Positions 1 to 10,136 of a stretch of DNA of 64,000 nt are shown here, piece by piece (the first letter of the stretch is position 1; every line of letters begins with the position of its first letter). Under the pieces are notes generated by a model. The model worked only from the letters and a program-made list of their open reading frames with translations. It was not told the origin of the DNA and did no database searches. A program made the position numbers and the translations under genes. Source of the stretch: an uncultured Acidobacteriota bacterium (lineage in GTDB: Bacteria; Acidobacteriota; Blastocatellia; RBC074); the NCBI GenBank assembly GCA_963699175.1, contig OY969418.1, positions 7,730,689 through 7,794,688 on the forward strand. The letters run 5' to 3'.

Positions 1-663
1 GGGCTGCGCAATCTGGAGCTGATCAAGTGGTGCACCTATTACGGCATTCACAATTTCTATAACATCCTCGTCAGATTTCCCGGCGAGACCGTCGCCGATT
101 ATCAGTTGCAATGCGAAGTAATCTCCAAGATCGCTCACTTGCAGCCGCCGTATGCGATTGTCAAAGCGCGTGCTGATCGCGGCTCGCCGATGTTCGCCGA
201 GCCTGAATCACAAAGCATCTCGCGGTTGCGCCCGGCGGCCTGCTACGAATACATCTTCCCGCAGCCGCGCTTCAATCTCGAACGCGTGTCTTATTACTTT
301 GATCACGAAATGCAAAATACGGTCACGGATGAGGATTACGAAGATATCTTCAGCCTGGTGGCCGACTGGCAGGAAAGCTGGGAACAGCCTGAGCCGCCAT
401 ATATGCGCTATCGCAAAGCCTGGTCAACCGTCGTGATCGAAGATGGCCGTACGCAGCCAGCCCAGACGTTTACTTTTTCCGCCGGCCCGGCAGAGCTTTA
501 TGAATATTGCGCCGATGCGCGCAGTCGTGGCGATATAGCCACGCGCTTCAATCAAGCGGAGTGGATTGAAGCGGCCTTGCAAGAGTTTATCGAACAAGAC
601 CTGATGATCTTTCTCGACGGTCGCTATCTTAGCTTGGCACTGCCTGAGAATCCGTATTTATAG
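1..663 (+). CDS. C-terminal part of a B12-binding-type radical SAM enzyme (RiPP-maturation rSAM methyltransferase-like); the 5' end is outside the window
   Basis: The frame of listed ORF 106..663 stays open back to nt 1 (GLRNLELIKWCTYYGIHNFYNILVRFPGETVADY...). The FPGET..DY and HLQPP segments resemble the post-core region of class B rSAM enzymes as I recall it. Family call is from memory only. Confidence 0.5.
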   Translation, partial: GLRNLELIKWCTYYGIHNFYNILVRFPGETVADYQLQCEVISKIAHLQPPYAIVKARADRGSPMFAEPESQSISRLRPAACYEYIFPQPRFNLERVSYYFDHEMQNTVTDEDYEDIFSLVADWQESWEQPEPPYMRYRKAWSTVVIEDGRTQPAQTFTFSAGPAELYEYCADARSRGDIATRFNQAEWIEAALQEFIEQDLMIFLDGRYLSLALPENPYL

Positions 664-688
664 CTACGGTCATAAACATGGGCCATCG

Positions 689-775
689 GCATTTTGCATT
701 CTCAACTCTCCATTCAATTGCAGTAAAGCATGCTCTTTTACTGCACAAGAATGATGAATTGAGAATGAAGAATGC
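689..775. repeat. Imperfect ~85-nt palindrome with 7-nt-periodic arms (heptamer-hairpin family, unit GAATGAN)
   Basis: The right arm reads GAATGAT GAATTGA GAATGAA GAATGCC. The left arm is its imperfect complement (GCATTTT GCATTCT CAACTCT CCATTCA). The inner stem is GCAGTAAAG/CTTTTACTGC. The right arm contains the ATG at 772. Confidence 0.7.
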
Positions 776-3753
776 CGATTGATTTGAGTTACCAGTCACC
801 GCAACAGCGCCTCGCACGCTGCCTGGGAGAGTTGGAATTGCGCAAAGCCCTATCCACTATTCTTTCTTCACTACCCACACAGTTTCATGCCGAGCGGGCG
901 GAACTGCTCGACTTCTTGTTGAAGCAGGGAATACTTTATCGCACGGAGACCCAGCCTGTGCTCTCGCGCGACGGCACTTCGGCCAGGTGGATGCTTGATT
1001 CTTTGGCCGTCACGCTCAGCCCGCGCGGCGCCGAATTGGCCGGGCGCTGCTTGCTCGCACTGCTCAAACACTTCGATGGCAGGCAACTCGCCACCTACGG
1101 TCTGACGGGCGCGCCGCTCCTGCAAGCTTGTCTCTTGCAAGCAGGCGGAGATTATCGCGGCTTGCTCGTGCGTAAAGAGAGAAAACAACACGGCTCGCTC
1201 AAGCTCATCGAAGGACGCATTGAGCCTGACGAGCCGGTGATTCTGATTGACGACTCGATCAGTTCAGGCATGTCGATGGACGAGGGTTGCCGGATTCTGG
1301 AAGAAGCCGGACTGCGCGTAGAAGGCGGCGTGGCGTTGGTGCGCTTCGGTTGGGAGAGCGGCTACGCTTCGCTGCAGGAGCGCGGCTACCACGTGGAAGC
1401 AGTCTACGACATTTGGGACGATTTTATGGTGAAGATGGAGGGCGAGGAGACCGCTTTGCCCAATCCCTCGAAGTGGTTTCCCGAATTTCAATGGAGTCCC
1501 ACGCAAGCGCCTGAAGGATTGCATCCGGCACAGCTTGCCCGCGTGGTGCTGCTGGCTTACCTGGAATCGGGCCAATTGCTGCGTCCGCCGCAACGCCTGG
1601 ACAGGGATTACGATGCGGCGGGCGGAGTCTGGGTCAGTCTCAGGTCGCGTGAGGAAATCTACGAGCGCCACGCGCGTGACGGCTTTTGGCACTTTCCCGG
1701 CGAAGCCAGAGGGACGCCGGCTGAAGACCTGGTCAAAGCGTGTTTGAGAACCGCTGATGAACTCCCGCGTGGCGCTGAAGGCCGCGCGCTGGTAGAAAGC
1801 AGTCACCTCGCCGTCACCTTTTTCTCTGCGCTGGAAGAATGCACGGTTGGGCAACTCGATAATGATCGCTATGGCATTGTGGTTTGCAGCCGGGAGCGCA
1901 CCGGGCGCATGGGCGGCGCGCTCCCGCGCATGCCCGGCATCGGCAACGAGTGGGAGCAATTCCGACACGCCGGGCGCAGAAACGGCGAGCTACTTTCTTT
2001 CGAGCCTTATGTGATTTATCGCCACGAAGTGTTCAAAGCGGTCGAGCCGGAGGCAGTATGGCAACCCTCTGGTGTGCCGCTCGAACCCCAACTCTTCTGG
2101 CATCAGAATCCAGCTATCTGTGAGCCAGTAGCGGAGCGCGCGCGCGACATTGTCATCGCTCGCCTGCTCGGCGTGGCTGAAACTACCTCGGCTTTGGCAG
2201 ATGACCTGCTGCCCGCTGACCTGGATTCCGTTTACGTGACAGTTTATCTGCAAGGCCAGGTGCGCGGTTGCATGGGTTCGGTTGTTACAAAGCTCGATGA
2301 AGACATCCGCAAGCTGGCGCTGGCGGCGCTCAAGGACGAACGCTTTGACGACGAAGCACAGGAAGCCGACGCGAACAATGTCGCGGTGACAGTCTCGCTT
2401 CTATTCAACCCGCTGGAACTGGGCGATTATGCACCGGAAGAAGTCGGCTGGCGCATTCGGCACGGCCAGCAAACGCTGATGGTTTATCAAAACCAGCGCG
2501 TCGGTCTGCTGCTGCCTTTCGTAGCCGTCACCCATAACTTTGATCGTGATGAATTCGTCGCCGAACTGATAGACAAAGCCGGCATCACTCGACCGCCTTA
2601 TCAATGGTGCCGTTTTGATTGCGCTACCTGGCGCGCCGATGCGACGGGCATCGCGCTGCTCGAAGGCATGTTTGCGCCCGCGCCGGAAGCGGCTTCCCTG
2701 GATGAATTGATCGAGCGGCTCGCACCCTTGCAGGTGCAATACCTCATCCGTCAGCAAGCGGACAATGGCTCGTTGTATCTGCGCTATGAGCCTTTTCAGG
2801 ATCAGCTTTATCAAGGGATTTCTGCGCCCCGGTTGGCGCACGCCGCCTGGGTGCTGGCGCGCGCCTGCCCAGTTTTCGGCGGAGCGGAGCTAAAAGAAGC
2901 GCGTGACAAGATCATTGATTACCTGGTGAAAACAGTTCAAACAGACGAACAGGGCTGTTGGTTGAAAGTAGGTGACGACGACTCGCCTTCGGTTTCCGAG
3001 CTTGCTTTTCTGTTGCTGGCGCTCTGCCAGCTTCCCGAAGCTGATAGCCGCCGCGCCCTGGCTGCGAGCCTCGCGTCAACTCTCTGGTCGAGTATCAATG
3101 CACACGGGCGCATCAACACTCATCTCGCGCCGGTTGATGATTCTGATGAATTTCAAGATTACTTTCCGGGACAGGCGTTGTTGGCGCTCGGAGCGGCTTA
3201 TCAAGCTGGCGTTACCGAACTACAAGAGAACAAACTTGAGCGCGCCTTCAAATACTACCGACATCGCTTTCGCCACCAACGCGATTTCGGACAAGTATCC
3301 TGGCTGATGCAATGTTTTGCTACTTGGTGGAAAGCAACAGCTAAGCCGCAGTTTTCTGAGTTAGTTTTTGAGATCGGCGATTGGATTCTACAGTATCAAC
3401 AAGAGAAGACCGGAGCGTTCATCAACGATCATCAAGCTGACACGCCCGGTTACACGACGGCCTTATATCTGGAAGGTATTGCGGTAGGTGCGAAGTTGGC
3501 GGCTTTGTCTGGCGATACGGAACGCCATCGCCGCTATCTCGAATCGCTCACGCGCGGATTCAAGTTCTTAGATCGGTTGGTAATTCAGCCACGCGATGCC
3601 TCTTTGTTGCCAAACGCGGAATTTGCAATTGGTGGGTTGCGCCAAAGTTTATATGCCAGTGAGGTACGAGTGGATTTCGTGCAACACTCACTGTCTGCGC
3701 TGCTTGAAGCCTACGCCTTGGCCGAACCTGTTCGGGCAATGGTACAGGGATAG
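772..3753 (+). CDS. Multidomain protein: type I phosphoribosyltransferase + two AMMECR1-like domains + C-terminal QW-repeat alpha/alpha-toroid (terpene-cyclase/prenyltransferase-like)
   Basis: 993-aa ORF with an ATG start. It has a PRPP loop (EPVILIDDSISSGMS) and an AMMECR1 signature (VYLQGQVRGCMGS) preceded by a degenerate AMMECR1-like copy (GGVWVSLRS...GIVVCSRERTGRMGGALPRMPG). QW-like motifs are QQADNGSLY, QTDEQGCW and QQEKTGAF. Confidence 0.6.
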   Translation: MPIDLSYQSPQQRLARCLGELELRKALSTILSSLPTQFHAERAELLDFLLKQGILYRTETQPVLSRDGTSARWMLDSLAVTLSPRGAELAGRCLLALLKHFDGRQLATYGLTGAPLLQACLLQAGGDYRGLLVRKERKQHGSLKLIEGRIEPDEPVILIDDSISSGMSMDEGCRILEEAGLRVEGGVALVRFGWESGYASLQERGYHVEAVYDIWDDFMVKMEGEETALPNPSKWFPEFQWSPTQAPEGLHPAQLARVVLLAYLESGQLLRPPQRLDRDYDAAGGVWVSLRSREEIYERHARDGFWHFPGEARGTPAEDLVKACLRTADELPRGAEGRALVESSHLAVTFFSALEECTVGQLDNDRYGIVVCSRERTGRMGGALPRMPGIGNEWEQFRHAGRRNGELLSFEPYVIYRHEVFKAVEPEAVWQPSGVPLEPQLFWHQNPAICEPVAERARDIVIARLLGVAETTSALADDLLPADLDSVYVTVYLQGQVRGCMGSVVTKLDEDIRKLALAALKDERFDDEAQEADANNVAVTVSLLFNPLELGDYAPEEVGWRIRHGQQTLMVYQNQRVGLLLPFVAVTHNFDRDEFVAELIDKAGITRPPYQWCRFDCATWRADATGIALLEGMFAPAPEAASLDELIERLAPLQVQYLIRQQADNGSLYLRYEPFQDQLYQGISAPRLAHAAWVLARACPVFGGAELKEARDKIIDYLVKTVQTDEQGCWLKVGDDDSPSVSELAFLLLALCQLPEADSRRALAASLASTLWSSINAHGRINTHLAPVDDSDEFQDYFPGQALLALGAAYQAGVTELQENKLERAFKYYRHRFRHQRDFGQVSWLMQCFATWWKATAKPQFSELVFEIGDWILQYQQEKTGAFINDHQADTPGYTTALYLEGIAVGAKLAALSGDTERHRRYLESLTRGFKFLDRLVIQPRDASLLPNAEFAIGGLRQSLYASEVRVDFVQHSLSALLEAYALAEPVRAMVQG

Positions 3754-3908
3754 GACTAACCGATAGTCTCTCGTACTTGCCTATCCAAAAGCCCTTGGAG
3801 AGCGTCACTGCGACCTGCGCCTCGTCAGGACGCCGCTCAGGTTCGTTGGGCGGGCTGTCCATGTAAAATCGAAGTGCACCCAGCGCGATCTTCACTTACC
3901 CTTACATC

Positions 3909-4523
3909 CTAGTCAGCAGGAAAGGCGAGGCGGTCATAAACCTCCGCCAGCCGCAACGTACACCCGATAGCTTGGATGGCAACGCTCTCCGCCAAACCCT
4001 GATACACGTAATGCGACCAGCCGCTAGCGTCCTGGCGAATGTAGTGGTAGACAATTGGCTCTGTTTGCGAAACCAGCAGAAAGTCGGTGAGCGTAGGATT
4101 CCAAAACTGATAACGCCGGAGCTTTTCGGTCGAATCAAAGGTCTCGGTGCTAGGCGAGAGGACTTCGATAATGACTTTGGGATTGACGAGAACGTCGCGG
4201 TGTTCGTCATGAAATTCCGGTTCGCCGCAGACGATGACCAAGTCGGGATAGGAGTAGAGTCCCTTGGTAGTGCGACGCGCTTGCGGGGCAGGGCCGCTGC
4301 GTACCTTGCAATCTTTGGCCCAGACTTGGCAGGGCGTACCTTTCAACTGGAGACTGATCTCACGGGTTAGGTTGGTGCAGATCGTGCCGTGCTCAGGACT
4401 CTCGCCCGCCATCGCGTAAATCTGGCCGTCGAGGTATTCGTGCCGTTCGTCGGTGGCGCGTTCGATAGCCAGATAATCTTCTACGGTGTAAATCAATTTC
4501 GATTCTGGTGTCGCCATTGCCAT
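3909..4523 (-). CDS. Uma2-family (DUF820) endonuclease
   Basis: 204-aa [38 protein letters not shown] is the typical Uma2 N-terminal pattern. Confidence 0.75.
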   Translation of the reverse strand: MAMATPESKLIYTVEDYLAIERATDERHEYLDGQIYAMAGESPEHGTICTNLTREISLQLKGTPCQVWAKDCKVRSGPAPQARRTTKGLYSYPDLVIVCGEPEFHDEHRDVLVNPKVIIEVLSPSTETFDSTEKLRRYQFWNPTLTDFLLVSQTEPIVYHYIRQDASGWSHYVYQGLAESVAIQAIGCTLRLAEVYDRLAFPAD

Positions 4524-4872
4524 CTCTCCGCCGGAGGTCGTGTGTGACGCAACTATCTTGCGTTGTTTTCGCCGTTGCGGTCAAGGCTAGGCAAGTTGCT
4601 CACTGTTTGGCTTGTGGATTAGCTTCGCGCGCCGCCAATCAGCCCAGTGAGCGAGCCCCCGAAAATGGGATTGCACATTCCCAGCAACACACTCTACATT
4701 CCGCACTGCCGCCGAACCTGCGCGCGACATGCCATAAGATTGGCGAGTTGACGTGGGCGTCTAGCTGATGCGTTGATAGTCGAGCGGTAAAAATGATGGA
4801 AGAAAATCGTCACCATCTCTGTCTAATCTACAAACCGAAATCGTCCGGCATCTATCAACGGAGGTAGAAAGA

Positions 4873-7347
4873 ATGGCCCGTGACCTGCTGCGTTCATTTT
4901 GGCAAGACTTAAGCTACAGCTTGCGCATGCTCGGTAAGAAGCCGAGCTTCACGCTGGTGGCGGTGCTCACGCTGGCGTTGGGGATCGGCGCGAACACGGC
5001 GATCTTTACGGTGATCAATGGAGTGCTGCTGCGCCCGCTGCCTTATGACGAGCCGGAGCGGTTGGTGATGCTCTGGGAGAGCAACCCACGCCGGAAGATC
5101 GAGCAGCAGATGGTTGCGCCGCCGCATCTGGCCGAGTGGCGCGCGCAGAGCCGTTCGTTTGAAAACATCGCTTACTGGACGGGCACTGGCGAATTCAATT
5201 TGGTCACGGCTGAGGGCAGCGAGAAGGCCAAGTGCGCTTACGTCACCTCCAACCTCTTCGCCACTTTGCGCGTCAGGCCGCGGCTTGGTCGCGTCTTCTT
5301 GCCCGAAGAAGATCAGGAAAAGGGGAATCGTGCCGCGTTGCTCAGTTACGAATACTGGCAGCGACGTTTTGCGGCAGACCCGCAAGTGATTGGCCGAACG
5401 TTGACGGTTGATACGTTTGGCCGCCGCGTCTACACCATCGTCGGCGTTTTGCAGCCGGGCTTCCGCTTTCCCAATCAAACAGAGATTTGGTTGCCGGTGG
5501 GTTGGGATGGCATTCCCAGACAGCGACGTGGGAATTGGCTGTCGGTGATCGCGCGGTTGAAAGCGGGCGCGACGCTGGCGCAGGCACAGGCAGAGATGAA
5601 CACGATTCAGCCGCGCCTCGCCGCACAACATCCGCAGGAAGTGCTTAGCACACAAGTTGCCGTTATTCCTTTGCTGGAACAGACGCTGGGTCGCAACTTG
5701 CGCCTGGCTCTGTTGATTCTCTGGGGCGTGGTGGCCTGCGTGTTGTTGATCGCGTGCGCGAACGTGGCGAACCTGCTGCTGGCGCGCGCCGCCGACAGGC
5801 AGAAAGAGATTGCTATCCGGCTCGCGTTGGGTGGAAGCCGCTTCAGGCTGATTCGCCAATTGCTCACCGAGAGTTTGCTGTTGGCGCTGATTGGCGGCGT
5901 AGTAGGCGTGTTGCTGGCGAATTGGAGTTTGAAGCTGTTGATCGCGTTCAACGCCGATCACGTGCCGCGTTTGAGTGAGACGCGGCTGGACGGCTGGTCG
6001 CTGGGCTTTACGTTGTTGGTCGCTTGTTTGACGGGTTTGCTCTTTGGCCTAGCGCCCGCTTGGCAAACGACCGAGCCGGATTTGAACGTCGCGTTAAAAG
6101 ATACTGGCAGAGGCGCGACCGATGGTTTGCAACGCAATCGGCTGCGCAGCCTGTTAGTCGTGGTGGAAGTCGCGCTCTCAATGATCTTGTTGATCGGCGC
6201 AGGCCTGATGTTGCGCAGCTTCGCGCAAATGACGCGCGTTGATCGCGGCTTTGAGCCGGAACGTCTGCTCACTGCGAAACTGGATTTTTCCGTCTCAGGT
6301 TTCGGCACCTGGGTCAGACCGACCGAGACGCGCCCGCAAGTCACCATTCGCGCGCTTGTCGAGCGCCTGAAGAATCAGCCCGGTGTGCAAGCGGTTGCCG
6401 CCGTCAGCGACAAGGCTGGTTTCCAGATCACCGTCGAAGGCCGGCAGACCGGCGTTGAAGAGGATCATCCGCGCACCAGTTTTCAAGGCATCACCTCTGA
6501 CTACTTCCGCGCGATGGGCATCACGCTGTTGCGAGGCCGCACGGTCAGCGAGAGCGATGCGCTGGAATCGCCGCGCGTCGTCATCTTGACCGAATCGCTG
6601 GCCCGCAGGTGTTTCCCCAACGAGAACCCTATCGGCAAACGCATTTACATGGGCCGACTCAATCCCGGCCAAGTCGGAGAGTTTGATCGCTACACGAACG
6701 TGTCAATGTGGGCAGAAGTTGTCGGCGTGGTCGCGGACGTGAAGAGCATGAACCTCGACCCGAAAGTCGAGGCGAACGTCTACGTGCCATATTGGCAATG
6801 GCCGATGCAAACGCCGACGTTGGCGGTGCGAACGGCGGGCAACCCAGCCAATCTGGCGGCGGCGATTTACAGCGAGGTCAAAGCGTTGAACAAAGGACTG
6901 CCCGCGCCGAAGGTGCAGACGATGAACGAGCGGCTCGCTGATGTAGTCGCGGAGCCACGCTTTCAAACTCTGTTGCTCGGTTTGTTCGGGCTGTTGACGC
7001 TGGTTTTGGTGAGCGCGGGCATTTACGGCGTCGTCTCGTATTCAGTAGCTCAACGCACGCACGAGATCGGCGTGCGTATGGCATTGGGTGCGCAAACGCG
7101 GGATGTGTTGAAGCTAGTTATTGGGCAGGGAATGAAGCTGGCGCTCGTGGGCATTGGGTTTGGCTTGGCTGGCGCGCTGCTGTTGACGCGCTTGCTGAAG
7201 ACGCTGCTGTTTGGGGTGAGCGCGACTGATCCGTTGGCATTTGGGTTGGCGGCGTTGTTATTGATGGGCGTGGTATGGCTGGCTTGCTGGCTTCCGGCGC
7301 GGCGCGCGGCGCAAGTTGATCCGATGGTCGCGCTGCGGTGTGAATGA
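4873..7347 (+). CDS. ADOP-family duplicated FtsX/MacB-like ABC transporter permease
   Basis: 824 aa. The N-terminus WQDLSYSLRMLGKKPSFTLVAVLTLALGIGANTAIFTVINGVLLRPLPYDEPERLVMLW is the canonical ADOP start. There are two FtsX-like TM bundles. Confidence 0.9.
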   Translation: MARDLLRSFWQDLSYSLRMLGKKPSFTLVAVLTLALGIGANTAIFTVINGVLLRPLPYDEPERLVMLWESNPRRKIEQQMVAPPHLAEWRAQSRSFENIAYWTGTGEFNLVTAEGSEKAKCAYVTSNLFATLRVRPRLGRVFLPEEDQEKGNRAALLSYEYWQRRFAADPQVIGRTLTVDTFGRRVYTIVGVLQPGFRFPNQTEIWLPVGWDGIPRQRRGNWLSVIARLKAGATLAQAQAEMNTIQPRLAAQHPQEVLSTQVAVIPLLEQTLGRNLRLALLILWGVVACVLLIACANVANLLLARAADRQKEIAIRLALGGSRFRLIRQLLTESLLLALIGGVVGVLLANWSLKLLIAFNADHVPRLSETRLDGWSLGFTLLVACLTGLLFGLAPAWQTTEPDLNVALKDTGRGATDGLQRNRLRSLLVVVEVALSMILLIGAGLMLRSFAQMTRVDRGFEPERLLTAKLDFSVSGFGTWVRPTETRPQVTIRALVERLKNQPGVQAVAAVSDKAGFQITVEGRQTGVEEDHPRTSFQGITSDYFRAMGITLLRGRTVSESDALESPRVVILTESLARRCFPNENPIGKRIYMGRLNPGQVGEFDRYTNVSMWAEVVGVVADVKSMNLDPKVEANVYVPYWQWPMQTPTLAVRTAGNPANLAAAIYSEVKALNKGLPAPKVQTMNERLADVVAEPRFQTLLLGLFGLLTLVLVSAGIYGVVSYSVAQRTHEIGVRMALGAQTRDVLKLVIGQGMKLALVGIGFGLAGALLLTRLLKTLLFGVSATDPLAFGLAALLLMGVVWLACWLPARRAAQVDPMVALRCE

Positions 7348-7378
7348 GCGCATGTGTTGTTAGTAAGCTGTGTAAGAG

Positions 7379-7438
7379 GCCCGCGCGTGACCAAGGATTG
7401 CCGTAGTCTTCAGCTCCTACTCACGCGCGGGCTTTCTT
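7379..7438 (+). terminator. Putative intrinsic terminator after the permease gene
   Basis: A 12-bp GC-rich stem GCCCGCGCGTGA (7379-7390) / TCACGCGCGGGC (7421-7432) is followed by TTTCTT. The loop is unusually large (~30 nt). Confidence 0.45.
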
Positions 7439-7613
7439 ACACAATACGCGCTCAAATACGGAACCTACAGCAATAATCGGGCGTAAGGAAAACCTGAAAG
7501 TTCGTTCAATCTTCGACCAATTTTGCAAATTGCCCCCAATAACCTGAAACCTGAACGAGGCGTACGTCACTCGCAAACCGAGTTTTCCTGTCAGAATAGT
7601 TTGGCTAGTGATT

Positions 7614-10076
7614 ATGAAACCAAATTTGCTGTTGTTGTATCTCTTACTCTGCGCTCCGGTAGTGATTGCGCAAACAACAGCCTCAGCCGCACCGGCGGGA
7701 GAAACAAAGAAAACAGCCAACGGCAAATCAGTCATTGCCTTGCCGCCTGAAAAAGCGCAGCCCGTACAGATCAAGCGTTTCGACCAAGCCCCGACGATTG
7801 ATGGCCGTTTAGATGAGCCGATATGGCAACAGGCAGCCGTGCTCAAGGACTTCTATCAAATCCAGCCCGGCGACAACATCGCGCCCTCCAAGCCCGCCGA
7901 AGTGTTGCTTGGCTACGACTCGAAGTTTCTCTATATCGCTTTTCGCGCGCCTGACGAGCAGGGCAAAGTGCGCGCGACCGTAGCCAAGCGCGATCAAATC
8001 TGGGATGACGATACGGTCGGGATGTTTCTGGACACCTTTGCCGACCAGCGCCGGGCGTATGCACTTTTTTTCAACCCGCTCGGCGTGCAGGCCGATGGCA
8101 TCCTGACCGAAGGCAACGGCGAAGATTACAGCATTGACATCGTGATGGAATCGAAGGGCGTAGTGACCGAAGAGGGCTACACCGTCGAGATTGCCATTCC
8201 CTTCAAGTCGCTGCGTTACGAAGCGGGCAAAGACAAGGTATGGGGCGCGCATTTTTTTCGCCGGATCAAACGCTTCGACAATGAACTCGATTCGTGGATG
8301 CCGGTCTCACGCGACAAATCGGGCAACCTCAATCAAGCCGGGCGGCTCACCGGTTTCGAAGATATTTCTACCGAACGCACGCTCGAATTGATTCCGAGCC
8401 TGACGCTGTCAGAAACGGGCAAACGTGTTTCGGCGCTGCCTGTCGGCGCGCGTGCGTTCAACTCCTCGCTCGATGACCCGGGCCGCATCGTCAACCAGCC
8501 AGTCCAATTCGATCCGGGGCTGACAATCAAATACACTCTCACGCCCGCTGTCACGCTTGATCTGGCTGTCAATCCGGACTTCGCGCAGGTCGAAGCCGAT
8601 CAGACCGTCGTCACGGCCAATCAACGCTTCCCGATTTTCTTTGACGAGAAGCGCCCGTTTTTTTTCGAGGGCATTGATATTTTTCAAACGCCGATTCGCG
8701 CCGTGCACACACGCGCCATCGTTGATCCCGATTACGCCGCCAAACTGACGGGGCGGCGTGGGCGGAATACCTTCGGCCTGTTGCTGGCTTCTGACAACGC
8801 GCCGGGCAATTACAGCGAGGACGAACGTCGCGATCCGAACACGCTGCCGAATATTCAAAAATTTCTCGACAAGAATGCCTACATTGGCGTGCTACGGCTC
8901 AAACGCGATGTCGGCCAGCAATCAAGCATCGGGTTGATTGCGACCAGTTACAACTTCATCGAGCGGCATAATCAATTGGGCGGTATTGACGGACGTTTTC
9001 GGCTCGATCAGCGCACGGTCTTCAGTTTCCAGGCGCTCGGCACGACTTCGCGCCGCTTTTTCAACGATCCCGATCTCGGACGCGAGGTTTACCGCACCGG
9101 CAACGGCTTGGGCTACAGTTGGAACCTGGATATGTCGGGCAGGCATTTCGGTTATTTCATCGGCGGCGAAGGTTATAGCCGCGATTATCGCTCTGACGTA
9201 GGCTTCACACAGCGTACCAACACGAATTCGACCTTTGCCTTCTACCGTTATGCTTCCGAACCAAAACCGAAGGCCAAACTGATTTCGTGGCGGTTCAATC
9301 ACTTCAGCCGGATTGATTACGATTGGCAGGGGCGTATACAAAACTGGCGAACCGGGCCGCAGATGAATTTCCAGCTTAAGCGACAGACCTTTGTCGGCTT
9401 TGGCGGCAACGCCAACTACGAGCGCATCTTTGAAGAAGAGTTTGGCGCAAAACGTACGCTGACGCGCCGGGGCGCTTTTTACGGCAGCGACCCGGAGCGT
9501 TCGACCCGCAGCAAAGGTTTTTTCAGTTTTGTCGAAAGCGAACCGAGCAAGAAGATTTCCGCGTTCGGTGTCATGGGTATGGATTGGGGGGCACTTGATT
9601 ACGATTTTGGCGGTGGGCGGCGCTTCCCGCGCGTCAGCCCAGCAGCGCTGCTCGACCCGGACGCGCCGCTCGATCCGGGCGCAGGAAAATCATTTTTCAT
9701 GGAATCGAACATCACCTACAAACCAGTCAACGCTATGCGGCTTTCGCTCAGATACAACAAAAGCCGACTCGTGCGCAACGATACCGGGCGAATGGCCTTC
9801 GACGAAAATATCTTCTCCTTGAACACAACCTATCAGTTCACGCGCTTCATTTTCTTACGCGCGCGCGCCGATTACGCGACGCTCTCTTCACAACTGCGCG
9901 GGCAGTTCCTGTTTGGCTGGACGCCCAATCCAGGCACGTCGTTTTACGTTGGCTACAACGATGACCTGACGCGCAACGGTCTCAGCCCGTTCACTGGCCA
10001 ATTGGAACCCGGCTTCCGCCGCAATGGGCGCACCTTCTTCATCAAGACGTTTTATTTGATACGGCGCAGCCATTGA
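7614..10076 (+). CDS. Secreted CBM9-like / DUF5916 outer-membrane-type protein
   Basis: Signal peptide MKPNLLLLYLLLCAPVVIAQ. The segment APTIDGRLDEPIWQQAAVLKDFYQIQPGDN...FLYIAFRA is typical of the CBM9-DUF5916 family. A GTG at 7608 is an alternative start. Confidence 0.7.
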   Translation: MKPNLLLLYLLLCAPVVIAQTTASAAPAGETKKTANGKSVIALPPEKAQPVQIKRFDQAPTIDGRLDEPIWQQAAVLKDFYQIQPGDNIAPSKPAEVLLGYDSKFLYIAFRAPDEQGKVRATVAKRDQIWDDDTVGMFLDTFADQRRAYALFFNPLGVQADGILTEGNGEDYSIDIVMESKGVVTEEGYTVEIAIPFKSLRYEAGKDKVWGAHFFRRIKRFDNELDSWMPVSRDKSGNLNQAGRLTGFEDISTERTLELIPSLTLSETGKRVSALPVGARAFNSSLDDPGRIVNQPVQFDPGLTIKYTLTPAVTLDLAVNPDFAQVEADQTVVTANQRFPIFFDEKRPFFFEGIDIFQTPIRAVHTRAIVDPDYAAKLTGRRGRNTFGLLLASDNAPGNYSEDERRDPNTLPNIQKFLDKNAYIGVLRLKRDVGQQSSIGLIATSYNFIERHNQLGGIDGRFRLDQRTVFSFQALGTTSRRFFNDPDLGREVYRTGNGLGYSWNLDMSGRHFGYFIGGEGYSRDYRSDVGFTQRTNTNSTFAFYRYASEPKPKAKLISWRFNHFSRIDYDWQGRIQNWRTGPQMNFQLKRQTFVGFGGNANYERIFEEEFGAKRTLTRRGAFYGSDPERSTRSKGFFSFVESEPSKKISAFGVMGMDWGALDYDFGGGRRFPRVSPAALLDPDAPLDPGAGKSFFMESNITYKPVNAMRLSLRYNKSRLVRNDTGRMAFDENIFSLNTTYQFTRFIFLRARADYATLSSQLRGQFLFGWTPNPGTSFYVGYNDDLTRNGLSPFTGQLEPGFRRNGRTFFIKTFYLIRRSH

Positions 10077-10136
10077 GACTATTTCTTCAGCTATTTTCTG
10101 CGATTGTGTATGATGGCTCGGAGGTTGAGCCTGACT

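Noticed and set aside
3560-3895. 111-aa minus-strand ORF in the convergent spacer after the fusion gene
   Set aside because: It overlaps the 3' end of the 993-aa gene by about 190 nt and has no motif or RBS, so it is most likely spurious.
4909-5961. Long antisense ORFs opposite real genes, e.g. 4909..5961 (-), 1264..1968 (-), 13505..14230 (-), 28240..29007 (+), 44680..45711 (-), 50778..51686 (-), 58305..59141 (-), 60054..60809 (-)
   Set aside because: They are Arg/Ala/Pro-rich low-complexity translations typical of shadow frames in high-G+C DNA. Each is fully contained in a gene with clear family motifs on the other strand.
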